A DNA stretch of 64,000 nt from an uncultured Gammaproteobacteria bacterium (GTDB lineage: Bacteria > Patescibacteriota > Patescibacteriia > SG8-24), in NCBI GenBank assembly GCA_964407925.1, contig CAYOXM010000002.1, positions 1,046-65,045 of the forward strand. The letters are read 5' to 3'. Under the pieces are notes generated by a model. That model worked only from the letters and a program-made list of their open reading frames with translations, ran no database searches and was not told where the DNA came from. A program made the translations under genes and the position numbers. Below, one piece after another: positions 54,946 through 63,285 of this stretch. Positions within the stretch are counted from its first letter, which is position 1. Every line of letters begins with the position of its first letter.

Positions 54946-55893
54946 ATGCTTAACCGGAAACCGCTCGTCATAGGCGTTGTCGCCGTCGTCGGCCTCGCCG
55001 TGCTCCTCGCCACGGCGTCGCTCCTGCGCGATTCCCGTCCCGCCGTCACGTCCGGCTCGGCGGCGCTCGGCATCGCGCCGCAAGTCGCCCCGCGGATGCT
55101 TTCCAAAACCTCCGGCATCGCGGAAATGGCGTATGACGCGTCGGAGAACGGCAGCGCGCCGTCGATGGGCATGCCCGTCCCCATGCCGCCGACCGCCGGC
55201 GAAACCGCCGCCGAAGTCGATCAGAAAATCATCAAAAACGGCTCCATCAGGATGACCGTGGACGACGTGTCCGCGGCGTCGGACCGCATTTCGGCGATCG
55301 CGACGGCCAAGGGAGGCTTCGTCCAAGGCTCATCCTCTTCGGAAAGGACGGACGGCACGCGCGAGGGTTACGTCACCATCAGGGTTCCCTCGAAGGACTT
55401 CGAGGCGACGATGACGGAAGTGAAAGCGCTTGCGAAACTCGTCCGCAACGATTCCACGAACAGCCAGGACGTGACCGAGCAGTTCACCGACCTCGCGGCG
55501 CAGCTGCGCAACGCCAAGAAGCAGGAGGAGACGTACCTCGCCGTGCTCGCGAAGGCTTCGACGGTCGAGGACATCCTCAAGGTGCAAGAGCGCCTCGGCT
55601 ACGTTCGGGGCACCATCGAATCGCTCGAGGGACGGATGAAGTACCTCGAGAACGTCACGTCATATTCGACCGTCAGCGTCACGCTCGAGGAAGAACCGGC
55701 GGTCCGCCTGCCCACGAAGGAGTTCCGTCCGGCCGCAGCGGTGAAGGCCGCCGTGCAGGCGCTCGTCGCCGCGTTCCAAAAAACCGTCGAGGCGCTCATC
55801 TGGATTGTCATCGTCGGCGGCGGCATCGCCGCGCCCGTCGCGCTCCTCGCGTTCGCCGTCCGCGCCGTCGCGCGCCGCGCTAAAAAAGAGTGA
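54946..55893 (+). CDS. DUF4349 domain protein with N-terminal and C-terminal TM helices.
   Basis: Start at MLNRKPLVIGVVAVVGLAVLL; central coiled-coil and ...IESLEGRMKYLE... region typical of DUF4349. Confidence 0.5.
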   Translation: MLNRKPLVIGVVAVVGLAVLLATASLLRDSRPAVTSGSAALGIAPQVAPRMLSKTSGIAEMAYDASENGSAPSMGMPVPMPPTAGETAAEVDQKIIKNGSIRMTVDDVSAASDRISAIATAKGGFVQGSSSSERTDGTREGYVTIRVPSKDFEATMTEVKALAKLVRNDSTNSQDVTEQFTDLAAQLRNAKKQEETYLAVLAKASTVEDILKVQERLGYVRGTIESLEGRMKYLENVTSYSTVSVTLEEEPAVRLPTKEFRPAAAVKAAVQALVAAFQKTVEALIWIVIVGGGIAAPVALLAFAVRAVARRAKKE

Positions 55894-55924
55894 GTGTTAC
55901 CTCGAGCCGGATGCCGCGTAGTGC

Positions 55925-56521
55925 ATGACGGAGGACGACGCGATTCCCATGACCGAAAAAGACGACGGACAACTCGTCGAGGCCGCGCTCGCGGGGGATG
56001 CCGGGGCGTTTGGCGCGCTGTATGACCGGTACGTCAGGAAGATCCACGAGTACCTGTTCTACCGCTGCCACCACCGCGAAACGGCCGAAGATCTCACCAG
56101 CCTGACGTTTACGAAGGCGCTCGAGCGCCTTGCGAGCTTTGACGCGGGAAAGGGGACGTTCTCCGCATGGGTGTACCGCATCGCGCGCAACGCGCTCATC
56201 GACCACTTCCGCGCGCAGAAGCCCGGAACGGACATCGAGGACGTCTGGGACCTCCTGCGCGACGGCACCGACGTGGCACGCGACGCCGAAACCGCGGAGC
56301 GCCTGCGGCAGGTGGAGGCGCACCTCGCGGCGCTGCCGTCGGCGCAGCGCGAACTCGTCATCATGCGCGTCTGGGACGGACTGTCGTACGCGGAAATCGC
56401 GGAAGCGACCGGTAAGTCCGAAGCGGCATGCAAGATGGCCTTCTCGCGGACGATTGCCGCGCTCCGCAAGGCGCTCCCGCTCGCCGCGATCCTCCTCTTG
56501 CTCGCGAAACCGTTACCGTAA
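55925..56521 (+). CDS. ECF-type RNA polymerase sigma factor (sigma-70 regions 2 and 4).
   Basis: Region 2 (LYDRYVRKIHEYLFYRC...FSAWVYRIARNALIDHFR) and region 4 (LVIMRVWDGLSYAEIAEATG). Confidence 0.75.
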   Translation: MTEDDAIPMTEKDDGQLVEAALAGDAGAFGALYDRYVRKIHEYLFYRCHHRETAEDLTSLTFTKALERLASFDAGKGTFSAWVYRIARNALIDHFRAQKPGTDIEDVWDLLRDGTDVARDAETAERLRQVEAHLAALPSAQRELVIMRVWDGLSYAEIAEATGKSEAACKMAFSRTIAALRKALPLAAILLLLAKPLP

Positions 56522-56525
56522 CCGT

Positions 56526-58004
56526 ATGCATGACCAGCGCATCATCGACGACGTGCTGCAGGAACTGTATGCCGTCGACCCGACGCTCCGCGACCAGGAG
56601 GACCGCCTCGTCAAGGCCGTCCGCGCCCTGCTCGCCGCCAAACCCGAAGCCGCGCTCGACGAGCGATTCGTCCGCGAATTGCGGAAGGAACTCCTCGGAA
56701 CGTTTTCAGCGGCGACGGCGTCCGTAAAACCGAATATTTTCGACTTCATTATGAAAAACGACTCACTCAAATATCTCGTTCCGAGCGGCATCGTCGCCGT
56801 CCTCGTGCTCTCCGTACTCGTTTCCACGAAGGCCCCCGGTTCCCCCTCGTCAGCGCCGGCCGCGTCCGTCGCGACCGAATCCGCGGCAGAGGCGGGAGGC
56901 GTGCGGGTGTCCAAAGTCGCCGACGGCGCGTTCGGCGTCCTTTCCACAGGCGTCGGTGCCGATCAGGCGCCTATGGCGGCGAATCTCGGCCGCGGCGGCG
57001 GTGGCGGGGGTAACGGGTCGGCGCCTGCCGTGCCGATGGCCGACAGCAAGATGATGCTGCCATACGTGCCGTCGTACTATGCGTATTCCTACGCCGGCGA
57101 CCTCGCGCTCGACGACGAATCCGTCCCCGTCTACCGGCGTCAGAAGGGCGGTTCCTCGGCGGTCTCCGGCGGCTTGCTCGACGCCGCCACGCTCGGTCTT
57201 GTCGATCCGTCGCGTCTCGACGCCGTCGGCCTCCAGTCGCTCGCGCTCGTCCAAGACAAGGAATTCGGCTATTACGTCTACGTCGACATGAACGAGGGCA
57301 TGATTTCGCTCAGCCAGAACTACGCGAAATGGCCGCACCCGGAACAGGAATGCCGCGACGAGGAGTGTTTCGCGCGCTACCGGCTGCATGAGTCGGACAT
57401 GTTGTCCGATGCCGAGACGTTCGCCGTCGCCGACGCGTTCCTCAAGGAACTCGGCGTGAACGTCGGATCGTACGGCAGTCCGGCCGTCGCCTACGACTGG
57501 CGCACGCAGTACGCGTCGCTGAAGGGCGAGGACCGCGCCGCGTTCTACTTCCCCGAGACCGTTTCCGTCGTCTATCCGCTCGTCATCGACGGGCAGAAGG
57601 TCTACGACGAGTCGGGGAATCCGACGGGCCTCACCGTGAACGTCAACGTCCGGCACAAGCGTGCCGACGGCCTGTGGAACCTGACGACCCTCAAGTACGA
57701 CAGCGCGCAGTACGCCGCGGTCACGGACAAGTCGAAGCTCATGGGCGTCGTCGCGCGCGGCGGCGTCTACGAGGCGACCCCGCCCGATGACGCGAAGACC
57801 GAGGAGGTCGGTTTGGGAACGCCGGAACGCGTGCTCATGCGCGCGTGGTCGGGCGGACAGGAGGTCGTGGTACCGGCGCTGCGCTTCCCGGTCACGAAGA
57901 AGCCCGAAGGGCAGCCGTGGTTCCGCGACGCGGTGATGATTCCGCTCGTCAGGGACCTGATCGACGTCCCCGCGGCGAATCCCGTCCCCATGATGGTAAA
58001 GTGA
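56526..58004 (+). CDS. Probable anti-sigma factor: short cytoplasmic N-terminal helical domain, one TM helix, and a large extracytoplasmic domain.
   Basis: Starts 5 nt after the sigma-factor stop. TM segment IVAVLVLSVLVS. Operon position. Confidence 0.5.
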   Translation: MHDQRIIDDVLQELYAVDPTLRDQEDRLVKAVRALLAAKPEAALDERFVRELRKELLGTFSAATASVKPNIFDFIMKNDSLKYLVPSGIVAVLVLSVLVSTKAPGSPSSAPAASVATESAAEAGGVRVSKVADGAFGVLSTGVGADQAPMAANLGRGGGGGGNGSAPAVPMADSKMMLPYVPSYYAYSYAGDLALDDESVPVYRRQKGGSSAVSGGLLDAATLGLVDPSRLDAVGLQSLALVQDKEFGYYVYVDMNEGMISLSQNYAKWPHPEQECRDEECFARYRLHESDMLSDAETFAVADAFLKELGVNVGSYGSPAVAYDWRTQYASLKGEDRAAFYFPETVSVVYPLVIDGQKVYDESGNPTGLTVNVNVRHKRADGLWNLTTLKYDSAQYAAVTDKSKLMGVVARGGVYEATPPDDAKTEEVGLGTPERVLMRAWSGGQEVVVPALRFPVTKKPEGQPWFRDAVMIPLVRDLIDVPAANPVPMMVK

Positions 58005-58009
58005 GCGCG

Positions 58010-58038
58010 TGAAAGGGCCCGATGCGGGCCCTTTTTCG
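58010..58038 (+). terminator. Intrinsic terminator (gaaagggcccg-atg-cgggcccttt followed by TTCG).
   Basis: Hairpin plus T-run. Confidence 0.55.
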
Positions 58039-58069
58039 TCGCCGCGTTGGCGAAGAATGCCGCGTGCGG

Positions 58070-58075
58070 TAGGAT
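58070..58075 (+). promoter_or_regulatory. -10 element TAGGAT ending 7 nt before the ATG at 58083 (leaderless arrangement).
   Basis: Sequence motif. Confidence 0.3.
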
Positions 58076-58082
58076 GACGCGC

Positions 58083-58850
58083 ATGGACCCGATACACGCG
58101 CTCATCCTGGGCCTCGTCGAGGGAGTGACGGAATTCCTTCCGATCTCCTCGACCGGCCACCTCATCCTGACGTCGCGGCTTCTCGGCCTCGGCGAGAGCG
58201 ACTTCCTGAAGTCGTTCGAGATCGCGATCCAGCTCGGCGCGATTCTCGCGGTCGTCGTCATGTACCGCAAGACGATACTGCGCGACCGCGCCGCCATGGC
58301 GCGGGTGCTCGTCGCCTTCGTGCCGACCGGCGTCATCGGACTCCTGCTTCACGGCGTCGTGAAGCGCTACCTGCTGGGGGACGCGCGCGTCGTCCTCTGG
58401 GCGCTCTTTCTCGGCGGCCTCGCGCTCACGCTGTTCGAGCGGTTCCACAAGGAAAATCGCGGAACGGCCGACGTCGCCGCGATCACCTGGAAGCAGGCGC
58501 TCGTCATCGGAACGTGCCAGGCTGCGGCGATAGTGCCCGGCGTCTCCCGTTCCGCCGCAACCGTCATCGGCGGCCTCGCGCTCGGACTTCCGCGCAAGAC
58601 CGTCGTCGAATTCTCTTTCCTGCTCGCCGTCCCGACGATGGCTGCGGCGACGGGCCTCGACCTCCTGAAGTCCGCCTCGGCCTTCGCGGCCGGAGACGCC
58701 CTCGCCCTCGCCATCGGCTTCGCAGCCGCCTTCGCGACCGCGATTCTGGCCGTACGCTTCCTGCTCAAGCACGTCGTCACGCGCGACTTCTCGCCGTTCG
58801 GCGTCTACCGCATGGCGCTCGCCGCCGCGTTCGCCCTGTTCGTGCGCTGA
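58083..58850 (+). CDS. uppP: Undecaprenyl-diphosphate phosphatase UppP/BacA.
   Basis: EFLPISSTGHL and GVSRSAATVIGGL motifs. Confidence 0.8.
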   Translation: MDPIHALILGLVEGVTEFLPISSTGHLILTSRLLGLGESDFLKSFEIAIQLGAILAVVVMYRKTILRDRAAMARVLVAFVPTGVIGLLLHGVVKRYLLGDARVVLWALFLGGLALTLFERFHKENRGTADVAAITWKQALVIGTCQAAAIVPGVSRSAATVIGGLALGLPRKTVVEFSFLLAVPTMAAATGLDLLKSASAFAAGDALALAIGFAAAFATAILAVRFLLKHVVTRDFSPFGVYRMALAAAFALFVR

Positions 58851-58874
58851 CGTTGCGGCCGACGCCCGTCGGCG

Positions 58875-58880
58875 GTATAC
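58875..58880 (+). promoter_or_regulatory. -10 element TATACT ending 7 nt before the ATG at 58888 (leaderless arrangement).
   Basis: Sequence motif. Confidence 0.4.
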
Positions 58881-58887
58881 TGCAGCC

Positions 58888-59289
58888 ATGAAGAAGCGAC
58901 CCTCCTCGAAAACGGCCCCCAACGGGATGTTCGCGGGCATGACCGCGGAAACGGCCGCCATGGCGGCGCTCGCCGGCACGACGACCGGCATGATCGATTT
59001 CCTCAGCGTCGACGTCGTGTCAGGAGGAACGTTCATCCTGTTGTTCACGTTCCTGCTCGGACTCAAACTTCCGCGCCTCGCGTGGCTGTGGGCGATCGTG
59101 ATCGGCGGCGCAGTTCCCGTCGTCTGGTACGCCGGAATCGCGTTCGGTTTCACGCCCGCAGACGCCTTCGCTCCGCCCGTCGCCGCGAGCATCGCCATCG
59201 GTCCGGCCATAGTGGGCGCGTATTTCGGCGCGCTGACGCGTCATGTCGGCGATCACGTCAGGGACTTCAGGGCGGAAAAAAAGAAGTGA
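58888..59289 (+). CDS. Small membrane protein (three to four TM helices), unknown function.
   Basis: 133-aa hydrophobic ORF. Confidence 0.4.
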   Translation: MKKRPSSKTAPNGMFAGMTAETAAMAALAGTTTGMIDFLSVDVVSGGTFILLFTFLLGLKLPRLAWLWAIVIGGAVPVVWYAGIAFGFTPADAFAPPVAASIAIGPAIVGAYFGALTRHVGDHVRDFRAEKKK

Positions 59290-59327
59290 CGGTCGAACCG
59301 GCGCGACCCGCCGGTTTTTTCGTATGA

Positions 59328-59380
59328 AAAAAGCCCCCGTCCCGCGCTCGCGCGCGGAAGGGGGGGGCGAAAGGGGAGCG
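59328..59380 (-). terminator. Intrinsic terminator of the LemA gene (minus strand: cgcccccccttccgcgcgcgagcgcgggacgggggc followed by TTTTTT).
   Basis: Long GC hairpin; T-run on the minus strand. Confidence 0.55.
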
Positions 59381-59381
59381 G

Positions 59382-59933
59382 CTAGCGCAGCTTGACCTCG
59401 TCGTCCTGCTTCTTCTTGAAGGCGTCGTCGGTCCGCTCGGACGTGACGATGCCGTACTTGTCGAGGTCGATGTGCGGGTAGCCGAGCCACATGTTGACGA
59501 AGAGCGCGCGGTTGCTGCCGAGCAGCGACTCGTACTCGCGCTTCTTGTCGATGAGCTGCTGCTGATCCGCCATGAACGAGTTACGGCTCGCCTCGATGGC
59601 GGCCTGCAGCTTCACGTAGACGGCCGAATCGAGCTGCGGGTTGTGCTCCTTGATGAACTGGAACATCGCCTTGGAGCCGTCTTCCCCGTAGCGGGCCTGC
59701 ATCGTGCCGTCGTACAGCTTCTTCAGGTCGCCGGAATACATGTCGGTGACCTGCGCCATCTCGCGGAACTTCTTCCACATGTTGTCGTAGTTGTTCTTGT
59801 TCTGCTCGTACTGCGCCTTGATGCCGGCTTCTGCGCGGACGCAGTCGGTACGGAACGAGAGCAGCGAACCGACGTAGACGACGGCGATGAGCGCGAGGAC
59901 GCCCAGGATGCCGAACGTGACCATCTTCTTCAT
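59382..59933 (-). CDS. LemA family protein.
   Basis: N-terminal TM helix and conserved LemA coiled-coil region (...YEQNKNNYDNMW...). Confidence 0.7.
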   Translation of the reverse strand: MKKMVTFGILGVLALIAVVYVGSLLSFRTDCVRAEAGIKAQYEQNKNNYDNMWKKFREMAQVTDMYSGDLKKLYDGTMQARYGEDGSKAMFQFIKEHNPQLDSAVYVKLQAAIEASRNSFMADQQQLIDKKREYESLLGSNRALFVNMWLGYPHIDLDKYGIVTSERTDDAFKKKQDDEVKLR

Positions 59934-59975
59934 GACGTGACTCCTTTTTTGCGCGTAGCGGGGTTGCAGGGAAAC

Positions 59976-61091
59976 TCACCACGGACGGCGGAATGCCGAC
60001 CGTCCGAAACCGTAGCGCGACGGGCCGCCGCCGAAGGGATCCTCGCGCCAGAAGTAGATCGACAGGCCGAGGGAGAGCAGCGTCCCGAGGACGAAGATCA
60101 GCCAGCAGGCCCACGTCGGCGGTTCGAGCGTGGCCGAGAGGTATTCGAAGTCGGCCATCGGCCGGCGGACGAACTTCGTCCGCACTTCCTCGTCGACGAC
60201 GTCGAGCACGGCGTCGCCGTCAAACGACGGCATCGTGATCAGGCGGTCGCGGATGGCGATCTTGACCTCCTCGTTTTTCGTCCACGAGACGACGCCGGCC
60301 CACGCGATGGCGCCTGACGACGGCACGCCGACGGCGACGACGAGGTCGTTCTTCTTGCCGCCGAGCCACGATTCGCGCAGGCCTTCCACGTACGCCGGGT
60401 CGCCGACGTCGGTGACGATGACGATCACGTTGACTTGTCGCGCGGGACCGAGGCGGCCGTTGATTTCCGACAGGCGCGCGTTGAGCCTGCCGAGATCGGC
60501 CACCGCGGCTCCCGCCGCGATGAAGCGGTTCGCGCGATAATGATCGTACACCCTGGGATATTCAGGCACCTTGCCCTTGAACTTTTCCGCGGCACCGGTA
60601 CGCCGCAGGATGGTGTCGGGATTGCCCTTGATGTAGTTGACGTACCCGTGCTCGATGGCGGACGGTTCGCCGACCGTGATGGCGCTCCAGCGCGCGGGCG
60701 GCGACGACCCCGGACGGTTGCACGTGTCCGAGAACGCCGTTTCGCCGTTCGACGTCACCGCGTTCCACGTCACGTCCGACGAATGTTCGTAACAGGTGTC
60801 GTAACAGGTCGAGCAGTTCCGCCCGTCCTTGTCGCAGCCGCACGGATGCGGGTTGCACGGGTAGCTGTGGCAGCACGATCCCGTTCCCCGCCACTTCTTC
60901 GCGATCACGCCGTTCCAGATTTCGGTATCCGCGGTCTGAGCGTGAAGCGCGATGAGGTAGCCGATGCCGATCAGCACCACGACGACCGCCTCTTGGACCA
61001 GAAACTCTTTTTTCGTGATGAGTCCCTTGCCGAGAACGAGGCCGCCGAGTCCGACGAGTACGGGAACGAGGAGCAGGGCGAGCAGCAGCAT
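59976..61091 (-). CDS. Membrane protein with a Cys-rich extracytoplasmic segment and a TPM (YgcG)-like domain in the C-terminal half.
   Basis: VNVIVIVTDVGDPAYVEGLRESWLGGKKNDLVVAVGVP...KIAIRDRL resembles the TPM fold pattern, and it is adjacent to LemA. The CCHSYPCNPHPCGCDKDGRNCSTCYDTCYEH cluster is atypical. Confidence 0.4.
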   Translation of the reverse strand: MLLLALLLVPVLVGLGGLVLGKGLITKKEFLVQEAVVVVLIGIGYLIALHAQTADTEIWNGVIAKKWRGTGSCCHSYPCNPHPCGCDKDGRNCSTCYDTCYEHSSDVTWNAVTSNGETAFSDTCNRPGSSPPARWSAITVGEPSAIEHGYVNYIKGNPDTILRRTGAAEKFKGKVPEYPRVYDHYRANRFIAAGAAVADLGRLNARLSEINGRLGPARQVNVIVIVTDVGDPAYVEGLRESWLGGKKNDLVVAVGVPSSGAIAWAGVVSWTKNEEVKIAIRDRLITMPSFDGDAVLDVVDEEVRTKFVRRPMADFEYLSATLEPPTWACWLIFVLGTLLSLGLSIYFWREDPFGGGPSRYGFGRSAFRRPW

Positions 61092-61239
61092 GGTTTGACG
61101 CTCCTTGCGTTGTCAAAGGCCGAACGTGGCAACCTAGCAACGGCGACCTCCGCCGTCAAGCGGTTCTGGAAGGCAGAAAATCCGTATGCTACGATATGTA
61201 GTGCGCTTATCCACAAACTATCATTCACGACGTACCACT

Positions 61240-61677
61240 ATGATGAAAAAGGAGCTCATCAAGCTGAATCCCGACCTCGGCCTTCTCCTTATCCGCATCG
61301 CGCTCGGCCTCGGTTTCCTCATGCACGGCATCCAGAAGCTGCAGGGCATGCCCGGCGTCATCAAATTTTTCGGGTCGCTCGGCCTGCCGCCGTTCATGGC
61401 GTGGGTCGTCGCCATCACCGAAACGGTCGGCGGCGCGGCGATCCTGCTCGGCTGGTATACGCAGTGCGCCGGCCTCGCGCTCAGCATCGTGATGGTCGTC
61501 GCCATCGCCCTCGTGAAGCTGAAAAAGGGGTATATCGGCGGCTACGAGCTCGAACTGAACTACCTTCTTATGGCGCTCGGCCTCGCGCTGACCGGACCAG
61601 GCAAGCACTCCGGTGACGTGAAGATGCCCGGCAAGCCCGCGGCAAAGGCCCCCGAAGCCCCCAAGCAGCAGGCTTGA
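61240..61677 (+). CDS. DoxX family membrane protein.
   Basis: LLIRIALGLGFLMHGIQKL DoxX signature; four TM helices. Confidence 0.7.
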   Translation: MMKKELIKLNPDLGLLLIRIALGLGFLMHGIQKLQGMPGVIKFFGSLGLPPFMAWVVAITETVGGAAILLGWYTQCAGLALSIVMVVAIALVKLKKGYIGGYELELNYLLMALGLALTGPGKHSGDVKMPGKPAAKAPEAPKQQA

Positions 61678-61683
61678 AACGCC

Positions 61684-61715
61684 GCACGCACCGCGAGGTG
61701 CGTGTTTCGTAAAAC
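61684..61715 (+). terminator. Intrinsic terminator (cacgcacc-gcga-ggtgcgtg followed by TTTCG).
   Basis: Hairpin after the stop; weak T-run. Confidence 0.4.
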
Positions 61716-61819
61716 GGGACGCGTGTCGAAAGTGCGGCGTCATTTCGACACCTACTCCTCAATTCAAAAACTCTCAACTTTTGTCCTTTAGGTGTACACT
61801 TGTTCGGTATTCTGAGCCC

Positions 61820-62575
61820 ATGCCGAAACCGTCGACTTCCTGGGGCGGCGTCGCCGATTGGTACGACCGCCTTCTCAAGGACAACAAGGACACGTACCAG
61901 CGCGAGGTCGTCCTCCCGCATCTTTTGCGCCTCATGGAGATTGCCCACGGCGACGTGGTGCTCGACCTCGCCTGCGGGCAGGGTTTTTTCGCCGCGGCGT
62001 TCCTGCGGGAAGGGGCGAAGGTCATCGGCGCGGACATCGCGCCCGAGCTGATCGCGCTCGCCAAGAAGAGCCTCCCGAAGGAGGCGCGGCTGCACGTCGC
62101 GCCGTCGCACCGGGTGACGCAGGTAAAAGAGGGGACTGTCGACAAGGTCGCCATCGTGCTCGCGATCCAGAACATCGACGACGCGAGGGGGACGTTCCAG
62201 GAGTGCGCCCGCGTGCTGAAGCCCGGCGGCGCGCTGCACATCGTGATGAATCACCCGGCCTTCCGCGTCCCGAAACGGAGCGCCTGGGGCTGGGACAAGG
62301 ACGGGACGCAGTACCGCCGCGTCGACGGCTACCTCACCGAGGCGAAAGAAAAGATCGAGATGCATCCGGGAGGCAAGCCCGAGGCGCACACGCTCTCGTT
62401 TCATCGGCCGCTCCAATTTTACGTGAAGGCGCTCGTCCGCGCCGGTTTCGCGGTGACGGACATGGAGGAATGGATATCGCACAAGAAAAGCGACTCCGGA
62501 CCGCGCGCGGCGGCGGAGAACAAGGCGCGCAAGGAAATTCCGCTGTTCCTCTATCTTCAGGCGATAAAACGATGA
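61820..62575 (+). CDS. Class I SAM-dependent methyltransferase.
   Basis: VLDLACGQGFF (motif I), motif post-I VIGADIAPE and LKPGGAL. Confidence 0.7.
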   Translation: MPKPSTSWGGVADWYDRLLKDNKDTYQREVVLPHLLRLMEIAHGDVVLDLACGQGFFAAAFLREGAKVIGADIAPELIALAKKSLPKEARLHVAPSHRVTQVKEGTVDKVAIVLAIQNIDDARGTFQECARVLKPGGALHIVMNHPAFRVPKRSAWGWDKDGTQYRRVDGYLTEAKEKIEMHPGGKPEAHTLSFHRPLQFYVKALVRAGFAVTDMEEWISHKKSDSGPRAAAENKARKEIPLFLYLQAIKR

Positions 62576-63285
62576 GACTGCACCGCTTCATCGGCGATTT
62601 CGACTTTTCCTCGCAGCGGCTGTCCGTCAGGGACGCCGGCTTGCGCAACCAGCTCGAGAACGTCCTGCGCCTCGAGCCGGGCGACGCCGTCGAATTGTGC
62701 GACGGCGCGGGGAAGGACGCCCGCGCCCGCGTCGTCGCCTTCGGCAAGGCGACGGTCGATTTCGACGTCGACGAGGTCCGCGCCAACGCCGCCGAATCGC
62801 CGATAGACGTCGTCCTGTACTGCGCCATCCTGAAACGCGAAAACTTCGAAGTCGTGGCGCAAAAAGCCACGGAAACCGGGGTCCGCGCGATCGTCCCCGT
62901 GCTGTCGAACCGTACGGTGAAGCAGCAGCTCCGCGCCGATCGGCTTGAAAAAATCATCCGCGAAGCCGCCGAGCAATCCGGACGCGGCATCGTGCCCTCG
63001 CTCCGGGAGCCGCTGCGTTTTTCCGACGCGCTCGACGACGCGGCGGACGGCAACGCTTCGAACGTGCTTTTCGAACTCGGGGCAAGGCAATATGCGCCGG
63101 CGGCGACCGCGCCAGGCGACCGCGTCGGCGTCTTCATCGGTCCGGAAGGCGGATGGGACGACGCGGAGGTCGCGGCCGCGCGCAAACGGGGATTCCTCGT
63201 CGCGGGTCTTGGCGCGCGCACCTTGCGCGCGGAAACCGCGGCGACGGTAGCCGTCTGGCTCGCCGTAATGGGCGGTGGCCGCTGA
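62572..63285 (+). CDS. rsmE: 16S rRNA (uracil1498-N3)-methyltransferase RsmE.
   Basis: MRLHRF start overlapping the upstream stop; C-terminal GPEGGW...LGARTLRAETAA SPOUT motif. Confidence 0.8.
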   Translation: MRLHRFIGDFDFSSQRLSVRDAGLRNQLENVLRLEPGDAVELCDGAGKDARARVVAFGKATVDFDVDEVRANAAESPIDVVLYCAILKRENFEVVAQKATETGVRAIVPVLSNRTVKQQLRADRLEKIIREAAEQSGRGIVPSLREPLRFSDALDDAADGNASNVLFELGARQYAPAATAPGDRVGVFIGPEGGWDDAEVAAARKRGFLVAGLGARTLRAETAATVAVWLAVMGGGR

